Below, one piece after another: positions 53,253 through 63,072 of a stretch of DNA of 64,000 nt. The DNA comes from Gammaproteobacteria bacterium. Its GTDB lineage: Bacteria; Pseudomonadota; Gammaproteobacteria; Pseudomonadales; Porticoccaceae. Made by a program: the position numbers and the translations under genes. The notes under the pieces were generated by a model that saw only the letters and a list, made by a program, of their open reading frames with translations, did not search any database and was not told the origin of the DNA. The stretch is taken from NCBI GenBank assembly GCA_963854585.1, contig CAWKZU010000005.1, forward strand, positions 13,806-77,805, in the 5' to 3' direction. Each line of letters begins with the position of its first letter. The stretch's first letter is position 1.

Positions 53253-54362
53253 CTATGGACAATGGGGTCGAGCTAAATATTCATGGCTCTGCATCTCTAA
53301 TAATCGACTCTGAGTTCGCTCAAATTCAAAGGCTAAACGCCCCCCAGAATAGAGGTTTGGCAGGCCTTCAGCAGCCGATATCGCGACTTTGACATTGCGA
53401 TCATAAAACTCATCGACCAAGTTAATGAACCGTCGTGTCGCATCATTGTTATCATCACCCATCATTGGAATATTCGATATGATCACTGCATGAAACTCTC
53501 TGGCAATATCGATATAGTCGTTTTGGCTGCGAGGTCCCTCACAGAGAGAGGCAAATTGAAACCAAACGATATCTTCCGAAAGTTTGACTACCGGTATGGA
53601 TCTACCTTCCACTTCTAAATTAACCGCTATTTTAATCTCACCTTCCACCGGGACTAACCGATTAAAAATTGCCTCGATATCAGCATCTGCCGTTAAACCA
53701 AGAGGACTACAATAAAGCGGTGCCTTTTCAAGCGCTCGAAGACGGTAGTCTGTGCCTCCGTCAACGTTGATCACCTGACAGTGCTGTTTAAGTAGGGCAA
53801 TAGCAGGCAAGAAACGTTGCCGTTGAAGCCCATCGCGATAGAGTAAGTCAGGCACTATATTTGAAGTCGTAACCAAACAGACCTCAAGGCGAAATAACTC
53901 CTCCAACAAGCCAGCGAGAATCATTGCATCTGCAATATCACTGACGAAAAACTCATCAAAACAAATAACGCAGGTTTCATCAGCAATCTTCGCCGCAACT
54001 TTCCGAAGTGGGTTAATCTCACCTTTTAGCGCCGTAAGATCTTTATGGACCCTGCGCATAAAGCGATGAAAGTGGACCCGCATTTTATTATCGAACGGAA
54101 GGCTTTCAAAAAAAATATCCATAAGATAGGTCTTTCCTCGCCCCACACCTCCCCAGAGATACAACCCTTTAGGTGATGCTGGTGAAGCTTGCAACATCCT
54201 TCTAGTCGCACGGCGCCATACCCGCTCACCTGAGAGTTTCTCCTTTACTAACAAAAGCTGATAGAGATCTTCAAATGCAGTCACCGCTAACTCTTGAGAG
54301 GAGTCAGCAAGAAACCCATCCTGTTCAAGGTCAGTTTGATAGCGCGCTCTAGGGGATGACAT
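53253..54362 (-). CDS. zapE: Cell division ATPase ZapE (AFG1 family)
   Basis: GGVGRGKT, RVHFHRFM, CFDEF, TTSN, RRFINLVDEFY, RTQSRL. Confidence 0.95.
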   Translation of the reverse strand: MSSPRARYQTDLEQDGFLADSSQELAVTAFEDLYQLLLVKEKLSGERVWRRATRRMLQASPASPKGLYLWGGVGRGKTYLMDIFFESLPFDNKMRVHFHRFMRRVHKDLTALKGEINPLRKVAAKIADETCVICFDEFFVSDIADAMILAGLLEELFRLEVCLVTTSNIVPDLLYRDGLQRQRFLPAIALLKQHCQVINVDGGTDYRLRALEKAPLYCSPLGLTADADIEAIFNRLVPVEGEIKIAVNLEVEGRSIPVVKLSEDIVWFQFASLCEGPRSQNDYIDIAREFHAVIISNIPMMGDDNNDATRRFINLVDEFYDRNVKVAISAAEGLPNLYSGGRLAFEFERTQSRLLEMQSHEYLARPHCP

Positions 54363-54559
54363 TATTTAGGCGTCCATGATTAAGAATTAACTTTAACGAG
54401 CAAAGCAATTTGTTACAACAAAAATTCTCCAGCGCCATAAATTTAAAATCTACGTTATAATAGTGAAGGGATTGGAGTGAATAGAGCTTGCACCACAGGT
54501 AACTTGGCTCTAATGTTCTTCCCAGTTAAGTGAAGTTTAATTCAATTGAGGTTTTAAAG

Positions 54560-55069
54560 TTGGCATTATTGACCACACTAATTATCACTGTCATCGCCTT
54601 TTTGGCGGGAGCTGGCGCGACTTTTTTCTATCTTCGACATATTGAGGATATCGAGTCGGGCACCGGTGACTTACAAAGAAGACTGGAAAAAAGTGATCAA
54701 AAATTAAAGCGATACCAACAGGAAGTGTCTGAGCACTTTATAACCGTATCTCACTTAACAACAAATGTGGCACAAAGTTATCGTCAAATTCATGAGCATT
54801 TGGCAACCAGCGCAATTCGGTTGGCTAGTCCGGAAATAGGCCGGCAACTGCTAAAATCGGGAGGCTCATCCTTGTCGCTTGTCGATGCAGATGGCAACCC
54901 TCTCGTTAGCGCTGAAGATCTTGAAGCACCGCGCGACTATGCTCCCAAGGTGCCGGGAGGGATTCTCAGTGAAGCTTATGGCTTGGTTGATGACGAAGCT
55001 GACGATTTCGCTGAGGGCTTAGATTCAAAAGATCAAGAGTCCAGAGATCCTACTGAAATAATAAGCTGA
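54560..55069 (+). CDS. yhcB: YhcB/ZapG (DUF1043) family protein
   Basis: N-terminal TM, coiled coil, VSEHF, YRQIHEHLA, PRDYAP; divergent from zapE. TTG 54560 after GAGG preferred over GTG 54530. Confidence 0.85.
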   Translation: MALLTTLIITVIAFLAGAGATFFYLRHIEDIESGTGDLQRRLEKSDQKLKRYQQEVSEHFITVSHLTTNVAQSYRQIHEHLATSAIRLASPEIGRQLLKSGGSSLSLVDADGNPLVSAEDLEAPRDYAPKVPGGILSEAYGLVDDEADDFAEGLDSKDQESRDPTEIIS

Positions 55070-55122
55070 ATCACTGGCCAGACTAAGAGTTAAATGCCCG
55101 AGTACAAACAAGGAGGTTTGTT

Positions 55123-55905
55123 TTGGAGCTGTTTTCAGGTGCCATATCTACCATATCCCCACTAACATTACTGCCTGGCAACTGCTCGCTGTGCCTGCAA
55201 CCTATCCAACCGCAGAATAACTGTCTATGTAATTTCTGCATAAGTGAGCTTCCTTGGCTAAAAACACAATGTCAGCGATGCGCTACACCTTTAAACCACA
55301 ACAACCTTTGCCCAGACTGTCAGCAGAACCCCCCTCCTTTTAGGCGTTGTATTGCTGCTTTTGAGTATCAAAAAGGTGCAATTGACAAGCTAATCCTGGA
55401 TATTAAAACCAATCCACATAGCCCTGAAGCTACCCAATTATCCAATTTATTATCTGATGTTATCTCTCGAGCGTATCAAAATTCAGCTATGCCAACTATT
55501 ATGATTCCAGTGCCACTGCACTGGCGAAAACTGCTTATGCGTGGCTTTAACCAAAGTACTAACATCGCCTCAAGCTTATCCCGCAAACTCAACAATACTG
55601 TCATTCTTGATAATACTTGTCTTCGCCGTGCCTCGTCATCACCCCAACACCTAAAGTCCAGAAGTGAAAGACTACGGGGCATGCGCAATGCATTCAGGAT
55701 GCGCAACAATATCGACGATGAGTCCGACATAAAAGCTAATCGTACAAACAATCCTATCAGAGGTAACTCTGTCGCTATTGTTGATGATGTGGTGACTAGT
55801 GGCGCTACTGCCGGATCGCTAGCATCGACATTAATTAAAGCGGATGCTAAACATGTTGATATTTGGTGTATTGCTAAAACGGGCTGGCATATTATGTCCG
55901 ACTAA
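55123..55905 (+). CDS. comF: ComF-family protein (double zinc ribbon plus PRTase domain)
   Basis: Four CxxC pairs, VPLHW..RGFNQS, VAIVDDVVTSGAT; TTG start with AGGAGG RBS. Confidence 0.9.
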   Translation: MELFSGAISTISPLTLLPGNCSLCLQPIQPQNNCLCNFCISELPWLKTQCQRCATPLNHNNLCPDCQQNPPPFRRCIAAFEYQKGAIDKLILDIKTNPHSPEATQLSNLLSDVISRAYQNSAMPTIMIPVPLHWRKLLMRGFNQSTNIASSLSRKLNNTVILDNTCLRRASSSPQHLKSRSERLRGMRNAFRMRNNIDDESDIKANRTNNPIRGNSVAIVDDVVTSGATAGSLASTLIKADAKHVDIWCIAKTGWHIMSD

Positions 55906-55919
55906 CGGAAAATGGCGCC

Positions 55920-56717
55920 ATGAAACCTGAAACTATTCTATTAGCCGCTAAAGTTTGGCACAATATTCTTGCTGAGGCGCAAGCGACCGCACATGCCGAG
56001 CCTGTGATGGAAAACTATTTAAAATCCACGATTATGAACCACGGAAACTTAGGTAGCGCGCTCAGCTTTCACCTGTCACAAAAGCTAGCTAGTACATCGT
56101 TCCCCGCAATGATGCTTAGGGATATTATGGATGATGCGTTTAAAAATCCTGCTATTGTCGAGCAAGCAGCACGAGATATACAGGCCACTGTGGATCGAGA
56201 TTCTGCCTGCAAATTATATAGCTCACCTTTTTTATACTTTAAAGGCTTTCTATCGCTTCAAGCATATCGTGTAGCCCACCAACTTTGGAATCAAGGCAGA
56301 ACGTCTCTCGCATTATTGCTCCAGCATAGGATCTCAATGACCTTTGCAGTAGATATTCACCCTGGGGCAAAAATCGGCAGCGGACTCATGATTGATCATG
56401 CAACAGGTTTAGTGATTGGAGAAACCGCAGTAGTTGAAGACTCTGTATCGATTATGCAGTCGGTCACCTTGGGCGGCACTGGGAAGGAAGCTGGCGATCG
56501 CCATCCAAAGATTCGTAAGGGTGTACTCATTGGCCCTGGCGCTAAAATATTAGGTAACATCGAAGTCGGGGAAGGCGCTATGGTGGCTGCAGCTAGCGTA
56601 GTACTTAAGGACGTTCATGCTCATGATATAGTTGCCGGAGTACCCGCTAAGCGAGTGGGACAGGTCGATTTCGACCAACCCTCAAAAATAATGGATCATT
56701 ACTTCAAATTGGACTGA
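55920..56717 (+). CDS. cysE: Serine O-acetyltransferase (copy 1)
   Basis: DRDSAC, YFKGF, VDIHPGA, IDHATG, GDRHPKI, hexapeptide repeats. Confidence 0.93.
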   Translation: MKPETILLAAKVWHNILAEAQATAHAEPVMENYLKSTIMNHGNLGSALSFHLSQKLASTSFPAMMLRDIMDDAFKNPAIVEQAARDIQATVDRDSACKLYSSPFLYFKGFLSLQAYRVAHQLWNQGRTSLALLLQHRISMTFAVDIHPGAKIGSGLMIDHATGLVIGETAVVEDSVSIMQSVTLGGTGKEAGDRHPKIRKGVLIGPGAKILGNIEVGEGAMVAAASVVLKDVHAHDIVAGVPAKRVGQVDFDQPSKIMDHYFKLD

Positions 56718-56739
56718 ATTGCACAAAGGCTCAGCTTAG

Positions 56740-57705
56740 TTAGCATCGCATCCAACTGAAAGGCATGACCTGATCAATTGACTGAACCTCTAAATCGCTC
56801 ATCAACAACCGATCTAAACCAAGAGCAACACCTGAACAAGCTGGCAACCCAGATCGCATTGCGTCTAACAACTTAGTATCAATATCCCATATTGGCTTAC
56901 CTGCGGCTTGGCGAGCAATATTGTCTTGATCAAATCGGCAACGTTGCTCTACTGGATCACATAATTCAAAGTAGCCATTAGCAATTTCTAGGCCATCTAA
57001 AAACCCCTCAAATCGCCTACTCACTTTATAGCCTTGTTCGATAGTAGTTATTGCCGCTAATGCAGCCTGGCACTCTGGGTAGTCGTAAATAAAAACCAGC
57101 CCCTCTGGTAATTGAGGCTCGATTTTGAGGCTAAATATTAAATCCAAACAGTTAGCTCGAGTTTCTCCAGCCCAGCTCAAAGAACCTGCTTTAGCGGCTA
57201 AGCCCTGCAAATCACTTAAGCTAGCCTGATGGGGATTAAGGCCAAATTTATCCTTAAAACAATCAGCATAACTAACCTTAGTTACCCTTAAATCTGATAC
57301 TCCAGGCTTATTCATCAACTGGGAGACTAAATCGCCTAACTCAGACATTAACTGGTGCTCATCCCAACCGCATCGATACCATTCAAGTAAGGCGAATTCT
57401 GGATTATGTTTATGCCCAATTTCACTATCACGAAAAGCTTTGCCCAAACAGTAGATATCGCCACTGCCTGAAGCCAGTAATCGCTTCATGAAATATTCGG
57501 GAGAAGTTTGCAGGTAGGCCGGTGCGCCCGCCAGAGTTGCACAGATACCATCGATGTTGAGATCGGTTACCCCAGACCTAGACAAAACAGGGACATCAAC
57601 CTCCATCACCGATTCATTAGCGAAGAAATTTCGGACCAGCGACATCACCTGGGCACGCCGTTGCAGGTTACGAATACTAGCTCCTGGCTGCCAATCACTC
57701 ACCAC
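56740..57705 (-). CDS. epmA: EF-P lysine-34 (R)-beta-lysine ligase EpmA
   Basis: YLQTSPEYFMKRLLA, HNPEF..LEWYR, EIANGYFEL, GVALGLDRL; follows efp. Confidence 0.96.
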   Translation of the reverse strand: MVSDWQPGASIRNLQRRAQVMSLVRNFFANESVMEVDVPVLSRSGVTDLNIDGICATLAGAPAYLQTSPEYFMKRLLASGSGDIYCLGKAFRDSEIGHKHNPEFALLEWYRCGWDEHQLMSELGDLVSQLMNKPGVSDLRVTKVSYADCFKDKFGLNPHQASLSDLQGLAAKAGSLSWAGETRANCLDLIFSLKIEPQLPEGLVFIYDYPECQAALAAITTIEQGYKVSRRFEGFLDGLEIANGYFELCDPVEQRCRFDQDNIARQAAGKPIWDIDTKLLDAMRSGLPACSGVALGLDRLLMSDLEVQSIDQVMPFSWMRC

Positions 57706-57742
57706 AAATAGGCTTTAATTTTGCGAGAATGATCAACTTTCA

Positions 57743-58309
57743 TTATTTAACGCGGCCTTGATATTCACCCGTTCTGGTGTCCACCTTAATCACATCACCT
57801 TGATCCAAGAATAGAGGCACCTTAACCACTGCCCCTGTAGCCAGCCTAGCAGGCTTACTCCCGCCCTGCGCAGTATCACCACGCAAACCTGGATCGGTCT
57901 CAACAATTTCGAGTTCGACATGATTTGGTGGCGTAACCGAAAGGGGTATCCCGTTGTATAAGGTAACGACGCAAATATCTTGTTCACTAAGCCAAATCAA
58001 GGCATCACTAACGGCACTCTCCGTCGCTTGATGTTGCTCAAATGTATCGGGCTCCATAAAACACCAAAAGTCGCCGTCACTATAGAGATACTGCATGTCC
58101 ATATCCATAACATCAGCGCCTTCCAATGACTCTCCTGACTTAAACGTTTTGTCCAACACACGGCCCGTTTTTAAATTACGTAACTTAACGCGATTAAACG
58201 CCTGTCCTTTACCAGGTTTAACAAATTCGTTTTCGAGGATTGAACATGGATCATTATCCAGCATTACCTTGAGCCCAGAGCGAAATTCGTTAGTAGAGTA
58301 ATTAGCCAT
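57743..58309 (-). CDS. efp: Elongation factor P
   Basis: VKPGKGQAF (Lys34 loop), [16 protein letters not shown]. Confidence 0.99.
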   Translation of the reverse strand: MANYSTNEFRSGLKVMLDNDPCSILENEFVKPGKGQAFNRVKLRNLKTGRVLDKTFKSGESLEGADVMDMDMQYLYSDGDFWCFMEPDTFEQHQATESAVSDALIWLSEQDICVVTLYNGIPLSVTPPNHVELEIVETDPGLRGDTAQGGSKPARLATGAVVKVPLFLDQGDVIKVDTRTGEYQGRVK

Positions 58310-58409
58310 GATCGTTGTGTCCGAAAGTTTGTAAAGAATGCATGATAACCGAAGTATCAGTCTATTTAATTAGTTTTGCGGGTTAACTGTTTATTTAACC
58401 GATCATAGA

Positions 58410-59645
58410 TCAATCTAACGCATAAATATCTTTGTCACTGTAACCGAGCAAATACAAAATACCGTCCAACCCAACATTAGAGATTGCCTGTTTGGCCGAC
58501 GCTTTTACCATAGGCTTCGCCCTAAAAGCTATGCCTAAACCAGCAATCTTTAGCATTGGTAGATCGTTGGCGCCATCCCCAACAGCGATCACCTGCTCAA
58601 GATTGAGCCCTTGCTCTTTAGCTATATTTCGTAGTATTTCAGCCTTGCGTTGCCCATCAATGATATCACCCATCACTTTTCCGGTAACCTTTCCATCAAC
58701 AATATCAAGCTCATTAGCATACACTTGATCAACGCCTAAAATAGACTGCAAGTAGCGCCCAAAATAGGTAAATCCGCCTGATATAATGGCCGTTGTGAAC
58801 CCCAGTTTTTTGAGGGTTTTAATTAAGTGCTCAGCCCCCTCATTTAAAACTAACCTTTCAGCAACAGACTGTAAGACATCTGAACTTAGCCCCTCTAATA
58901 AAGCCATTCGCTGCCTAAAGCTATCCTTAAAATCTATTTCACCTCGCATTGCCGACTCAGTAATCATGGCCACCTGATTTCCGACTCCAGCCTCTATAGC
59001 TAATTCATCAATGACCTCTGCATCGATCAATGTCGAGTCCATATCAAAAACGACCAACTGTCGACTACGACGGAAAATATTATCCTCTTGGCATGCAATA
59101 TCAATATTGTAATGCACCGCTAACTCTAGCAATGAATTACGGAAATCTTCACTATCTTCCGGTTCACCTCGAGCAGATAACTCAATACAGGCACGTCCAA
59201 GCTGCTCACTTTGATTGAGACCTAAACGGCCAGACAAGCGCACTATTTTGTCGATATTAAGACCTTGCTGACTTGTGACGTCGGTTATAGCGGCTAAATG
59301 AGAAGCTTCAATATTTCGCGCGAGCAGAGTTACAATATGTCGTTGCTTCCCCTGTTGCGCGACCCAATTATCATAACGTTCATGGGATATGGGTAAGAAC
59401 TTGACCTGCATGTCCATACTCTTAAGCGTCGCAGAAACTTCTTTGACCACCTGCGAAGTTTGGATATCTGATGGGACCGCCGCCAAAATACCCATATTCA
59501 ACTGGTCGTGGATCACTGCCTGCCCTATGTCCAGCAGGGTACCGTCAAACTGGGACAACACTTTAGTTACCGCACTGGTAACCCCAGGCCTATCTTTCCC
59601 AGACACATTAATCATTAAAACTTCTTTCACAGGTAGAGACCCCAT
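58410..59645 (-). CDS. serB: Phosphoserine phosphatase SerB with ACT domains
   Basis: GKDRPG ACT motif, FDMDSTLI, ISGGF, GDGANDL. Alternative GTG start at 59630. Confidence 0.97.
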   Translation of the reverse strand: MGSLPVKEVLMINVSGKDRPGVTSAVTKVLSQFDGTLLDIGQAVIHDQLNMGILAAVPSDIQTSQVVKEVSATLKSMDMQVKFLPISHERYDNWVAQQGKQRHIVTLLARNIEASHLAAITDVTSQQGLNIDKIVRLSGRLGLNQSEQLGRACIELSARGEPEDSEDFRNSLLELAVHYNIDIACQEDNIFRRSRQLVVFDMDSTLIDAEVIDELAIEAGVGNQVAMITESAMRGEIDFKDSFRQRMALLEGLSSDVLQSVAERLVLNEGAEHLIKTLKKLGFTTAIISGGFTYFGRYLQSILGVDQVYANELDIVDGKVTGKVMGDIIDGQRKAEILRNIAKEQGLNLEQVIAVGDGANDLPMLKIAGLGIAFRAKPMVKASAKQAISNVGLDGILYLLGYSDKDIYALD

Positions 59646-59691
59646 TGGAGTTTAGGCTCCCATTATATAAAAGTTGAGAGAATAGGATAGA

Positions 59692-60927
59692 ATGCAAAGC
59701 ATTTATTTTACCAAGGAACTGAGAATGCGTCGTCAATATTCGATGGCCATAAAATTGCCCGTAATAATTGCCTCTGCGTGCTTATTATTTGGTTTTTTGA
59801 GTTGGGCCGTCATCGTATCTCAAACTTCAATGCTGGCTAAGCAAGCGGTTGAAGATAAAAGCACCGCCACGCTTAATCAACTCGCTGAGCTAGTGCGCGC
59901 ACCCCTATTTAGCAATGATACCGTAGGACTGCAGTTCGCCCTGCGCAAAGCGACGACGGATCAGTCTATTTTTAGCGCAAGCTTATATGATGTAGACGAT
60001 AATCTGATTGCCCAAAGCTCGCAGGCTAGCAAATTGCCCACGAACTTAACACAGTTTAGACAGGATATTGCGCTTGAAGATACCCAGGTAGGCACCCTGC
60101 TAATATCAGTTATAAGCCAGCCCATCTACGCAAAGTATTCTAATGTCTTTTTAATATGGGCTGTAATCTGGCTCCTATTTAGCATCGGTTGCACTTATGT
60201 TTGCTACCAGTTCGCCGGGCAGTTATCGCGTCGATTGAGAGCATTAACCAACCGCTTGCCTGGCAGTAGCGATCCTATGATCGATGAAATTCTTGCTCTA
60301 GAAACGAGAATACAGCCTCTACTTGCAACATCTGGGCAGTTTTCGAACGACACCGAAAATGGTTATTATTGCTCGCTCATAACTGCCACGATTAAAAACC
60401 GGAAAAGTTTAAACGACCAGCTTAATCACGAAAATCTTGAATTATTATTTGAAAACATCGATCACTGTATTGATCGCACACTTGAACTTTATGGTGCGCA
60501 GCGCACAGAAGGTAGTGAGAGTAGAATTTGTTTTTATATTCGCTCTACTCAGTGTTCCAAACAGCATTTGCTTGTCTGTCTTATGGCTGTTTATTCATTA
60601 CAAAAACTTCTGGATCGCCTGTCAGCTAAATTGGGTATTGACCTCGAGATTAACTGGACACTCTGCAGCGACACGCTATCCGCACTTCCTGTGATTCGTT
60701 ATCACGAAAAAATGTCTGCGCTAAAAAATAAATCAAAATCGATAAGCGAAAGAATAGATAAAGGCGTGATAGCTCTCTACGTCACTGAATATGACATAGA
60801 ACAGCTGGCTACTATTGCTCGATTTAACCCTTTCGAAGAAAATTGCCATATTTTCCATGGCTTCCCTGAACAACGGCAGGCTTTGCTTGAAAAGCAAATA
60901 CTACACTTGGCCTCGGTATGCCTATAA
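59692..60927 (+). CDS. AhpA/YtjB(Smp)-like membrane protein with a cytoplasmic C-terminal domain
   Basis: Two TM segments flanking a periplasmic domain (LAELVRAPLFSND), HAMP-like stretch; divergent from serB as in related genomes. Confidence 0.65.
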   Translation: MQSIYFTKELRMRRQYSMAIKLPVIIASACLLFGFLSWAVIVSQTSMLAKQAVEDKSTATLNQLAELVRAPLFSNDTVGLQFALRKATTDQSIFSASLYDVDDNLIAQSSQASKLPTNLTQFRQDIALEDTQVGTLLISVISQPIYAKYSNVFLIWAVIWLLFSIGCTYVCYQFAGQLSRRLRALTNRLPGSSDPMIDEILALETRIQPLLATSGQFSNDTENGYYCSLITATIKNRKSLNDQLNHENLELLFENIDHCIDRTLELYGAQRTEGSESRICFYIRSTQCSKQHLLVCLMAVYSLQKLLDRLSAKLGIDLEINWTLCSDTLSALPVIRYHEKMSALKNKSKSISERIDKGVIALYVTEYDIEQLATIARFNPFEENCHIFHGFPEQRQALLEKQILHLASVCL

Positions 60928-60945
60928 CCATTAATTACATAGTTA

Positions 60946-61326
60946 TTAGTTGCAATAATTCTCGTTAATAATTAGACCCCACACTGCTAAAAATAAGATG
61001 AGTGATATAAGAACAGCGGCAGAGCCAGCATCTTTTGCGCGACCAGACAACTCATGAAACTCAAGCCCAATTCGATCTACAACCACCTCAATTCCGGTGT
61101 TGAGCAATTCAACAATTAATACTATTAACAGCACGCCGATCAACAATATTAGCTGCAAATAATTATTAGCCACATAGAACGCCAGAGGTATTAAAATCAC
61201 CGAAGCCAGCAATTCACACCGGAATGCTTCCTGGGTTCTTAAGGCAGACTCCAAGCCCTGAATGGAATGTTTCGTCGTTAGCACTAACCGCCTGTGGAGG
61301 AGCCCTAAAACACCTTTTCCAAACAT
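60946..61326 (-). CDS. dgkA: Diacylglycerol kinase (prokaryotic)
   Basis: EAFRCE, VELLNTGIEVVVDRIG, LSGRAKDAGSAAV. Confidence 0.95.
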   Translation of the reverse strand: MFGKGVLGLLHRRLVLTTKHSIQGLESALRTQEAFRCELLASVILIPLAFYVANNYLQLILLIGVLLIVLIVELLNTGIEVVVDRIGLEFHELSGRAKDAGSAAVLISLILFLAVWGLIINENYCN

Positions 61327-61338
61327 TATTTATTACCC

Positions 61339-62121
61339 CTAAACGTCTAAATTTTGATTCATTTCAAAGCTAGGACTACCCTCAAGTGGGGCACCAACTA
61401 CTCTTGCTGGAACACCAACAACCGTTGTGTGCGGAGGGATAGACTCGATGACTAAACTCCCTGCACCTACTTTGACCCCATCCCCGATCTTAACGTTGCC
61501 CATAATTTTTGCTCCCGCTGAAATCATAACGCCACTGCCCACTTCAGGATGACGGTCGCCTTCTCCGCGACCGATGCCTCCAAGAGTCACCGAATGCAAA
61601 ATGGAGACATTCTCTCCGATAATGGCTGTCTCCCCAACGACCAAACCGGTTGCATGGTCAATCATAATGCCAGAGCCTATTCGAGCCCCAGGATGGATAT
61701 CTACTGCAAACACTTCGGCTACTTGATTTTGCAGGAAAAGTGCCAGAGCTGTGCGATTATTACACCAGTACCAATGCGCCACTCGGTGGAGCTGCATCGC
61801 CTGAAAGCCCTTAAAATAAAGGAGTGGTATAAGATACTTGTCGCATGCTGGATCACGTTCAAAGCTCGCCATAATATCCAGTCGTGCACTAGCTGTAATG
61901 CTCGGATCAGCCTTAAGCACTTCAAGAATAAGTTTTTCAATAGCGGTAGAAGGTATCGCAGAGCTGTTAAGTTGATTGGCTAGATTATAGCTAAGAGCAG
62001 AATCGAGATCTGAGTGGTCAATAATAGCACTCTGATAAAACTCGGATAACAATGGCTCTTCGGCAATTGATACCTTAGCTTCTTCGGTAATAAGCAACCA
62101 AACTGGATCATCAGATATCAT
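61339..62121 (-). CDS. cysE: Serine O-acetyltransferase (copy 2)
   Basis: ERDPAC, YFKGF, VDIHPGA, IDHATG, GDRHP, PSFEMNQ. Confidence 0.9.
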   Translation of the reverse strand: MISDDPVWLLITEEAKVSIAEEPLLSEFYQSAIIDHSDLDSALSYNLANQLNSSAIPSTAIEKLILEVLKADPSITASARLDIMASFERDPACDKYLIPLLYFKGFQAMQLHRVAHWYWCNNRTALALFLQNQVAEVFAVDIHPGARIGSGIMIDHATGLVVGETAIIGENVSILHSVTLGGIGRGEGDRHPEVGSGVMISAGAKIMGNVKIGDGVKVGAGSLVIESIPPHTTVVGVPARVVGAPLEGSPSFEMNQNLDV

Positions 62122-62132
62122 AAATAAACTAC

Positions 62133-62870
62133 CTATACATTGTCGTCAACTGAGACGTCCACAAATCGGTGAATAATCTCATCAAGGTATTTTAACACGG
62201 TATCAAGATTGACCAATTCCAAATTATTTAATAATTGATGCTTAACAAGATTCGTCGTTAGCTGCTGAGCGTAACTATTTGAGATAGGGGCATAGCTAAT
62301 ATGCCAAGGCTCTGGGGATACTCCGCCGCGGTCAACGGCGTAGGGGCGATAGAAGCCCTTGGAGTGCTCTTGCCCCTTAATAAACACGCCGCTTAGCCAT
62401 TCATGCATCGGTGCAAACACCCCCTCGCCCTCACACTCATCTGTTGTCAGCTGAATCTGGTACCCCTGAGGCATGGCGTTAGCGTCATAAATATCAAAGT
62501 CACTACCCCAATGATGACGCGATGTACCCGGCAAGGCTGACCATCGCAGAACTGCCTGAATTTGTTGCCACGGATCGAGCTGAGATATGTTAATTGCATC
62601 GCCAAACTCATCTATAACCGGTCTTTCGCCCAATAGTTTTTGATTCCAAATCAACATTTGTCTCTCAAAGGACCGAAATCCGCTGCAAATACACATATCA
62701 AAGCCTTGCTTTGCCGCTTCGGTCTTTAAGTCTAAAAAAGGTGTAAGTGCCTTTTGATGAACCAAAATACTGTTTTGGGCCCGTGAATTCTGACTAAGTG
62801 CAACATCCACCAAATGCCGATCGGTGAGGCCGGTCAAAATATCAGCAGCAATTTTCTCTAACTCAGCCAT
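62133..62870 (-). CDS. M15-family D,D-carboxypeptidase (VanY-like)
   Basis: SGFRSFERQ, SALPGTSRHHWGSDFD (SxHxxGxxxD), EPWH. Confidence 0.88.
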   Translation of the reverse strand: MAELEKIAADILTGLTDRHLVDVALSQNSRAQNSILVHQKALTPFLDLKTEAAKQGFDMCICSGFRSFERQMLIWNQKLLGERPVIDEFGDAINISQLDPWQQIQAVLRWSALPGTSRHHWGSDFDIYDANAMPQGYQIQLTTDECEGEGVFAPMHEWLSGVFIKGQEHSKGFYRPYAVDRGGVSPEPWHISYAPISNSYAQQLTTNLVKHQLLNNLELVNLDTVLKYLDEIIHRFVDVSVDDNV

Positions 62871-63072
62871 ATTAGGAGTAGACCTTATGGATAAAGTGAT
62901 TGAAGCCTGAGTTTATACCTCTATAGGCATAAATAATCAAAATCTGTGTCAAAATCGATCGATTAGTGACACTAATGTTGCTGCTCGCCGTCAATCTTTA
63001 CGTAAATAAAGACTTTTACACGAAGGCGCTATGCCGCATGATGCGAGAAACACAGGATGAACATTAAAGTTT

